From Camelus ferus (taxonomy: Eukaryota), in assembly GCF_009834535.1 (NCBI RefSeq), contig NC_045696.1, positions 74,154,001 through 74,218,000 on the forward strand: a stretch of 64,000 nt of DNA, written 5' to 3'. The notes below the pieces were generated by a model. The model ran no database searches and was not told the DNA's origin. It worked only from the letters and a program-made list of their open reading frames with translations. Every line of letters starts with the position of its first letter. The stretch's first letter is position 1. Position numbers and translations under genes: made by a program. Positions 63,516 to 64,000 of this stretch are shown here, in pieces.

Positions 63516-64000
63516 ATTAATGGTGTAAACCCTCTCTTACAAGTATTTTTTCTTTTTCAGTTTGGTAGAATAAAGACATATTTTCTTCCTTCCCTGTGTT
63601 TTGAAATGAAACTTGAACTATTCTAAAACTGAATGATCATGCTTTCTTCACAAGACATAGATCAGGCTCATTGGCATTTACTTTTTCCACATGGAGACTT
63701 CCTGTCACATCAGAGAACATCAACAATTCCATTTCTGAGAATTGCTCAACCTGGTCATTAATAGTAAAAAGAGTACCTTTGTGCTAATAGAACCTCACTG
63801 GCAATTTGTCTTTTGTGTTGTAAAGAAACATAGAGCTTCTTTGCTAATGAATGAAAGTGTTCAGTAATTTGTGTAATACCGTGAAGCTTATGCACAGGTA
63901 AATTACATAAATGTGGCTCTGACGAGACCAATCCCACTTCTCCTTCAAGGTCTCGATCAGCTTTCACATTTTCTCTGGCTGGCTCCTGGATACTGACCTC

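Noticed and set aside
63919..63960. Hairpin ctgacgagacc...ggtctcgatcag
   Set aside because: An 11-bp bulged stem with a 19-nt loop is too short for a pre-miRNA and is expected by chance.
360..63967. The 60-130 aa ORFs in the supplied track as genes
   Set aside because: They are short, many start at non-ATG codons, and they either lie in repeats (L1, HAL1, L2, LTR) or resemble no family I know; the density fits chance ORFs.

Overview
This is AT-rich, CpG-depleted mammalian genomic DNA, not prokaryotic. A young tRNA-Ala(AGC)-derived SINE at 54031-54173 looks like the camelid Vic-1 family, so the source is most likely a camel, llama or alpaca. I recognise no protein-coding gene, CpG island, rRNA, true tRNA or CRISPR array; the window reads as intergenic or deep-intronic. 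Much of it is a fossil record of transposable elements: MIR and L2 fragments, MaLR (MLT1), ERVL and ERV1 solo LTRs, hAT MITEs, a near-complete HAL1 and several L1s. The provided ORFs are either decayed L1/HAL1 frames or chance ORFs. The points most worth a second look are: (i) a hand-built four-exon minus-strand model giving a 60-aa micro-ORF; (ii) a 1.35-kb mini-L1 made of 5'UTR + endonuclease start + 3' end; (iii) an endonuclease-deleted L1 whose gap starts where the mini-L1's middle piece starts; (iv) three L1 tails truncated at nearly the same point; (v) a three-layer LTR nest with a clean 4-bp TSD; (vi) a PBX-HOX/MEIS/POU motif cluster in unique DNA; and (vii) recent tandem duplications. 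I found no convincing novel biological system. Repeat subfamily names come from recalled consensus sequences and repeat boundaries are approximate unless a TSD is cited.
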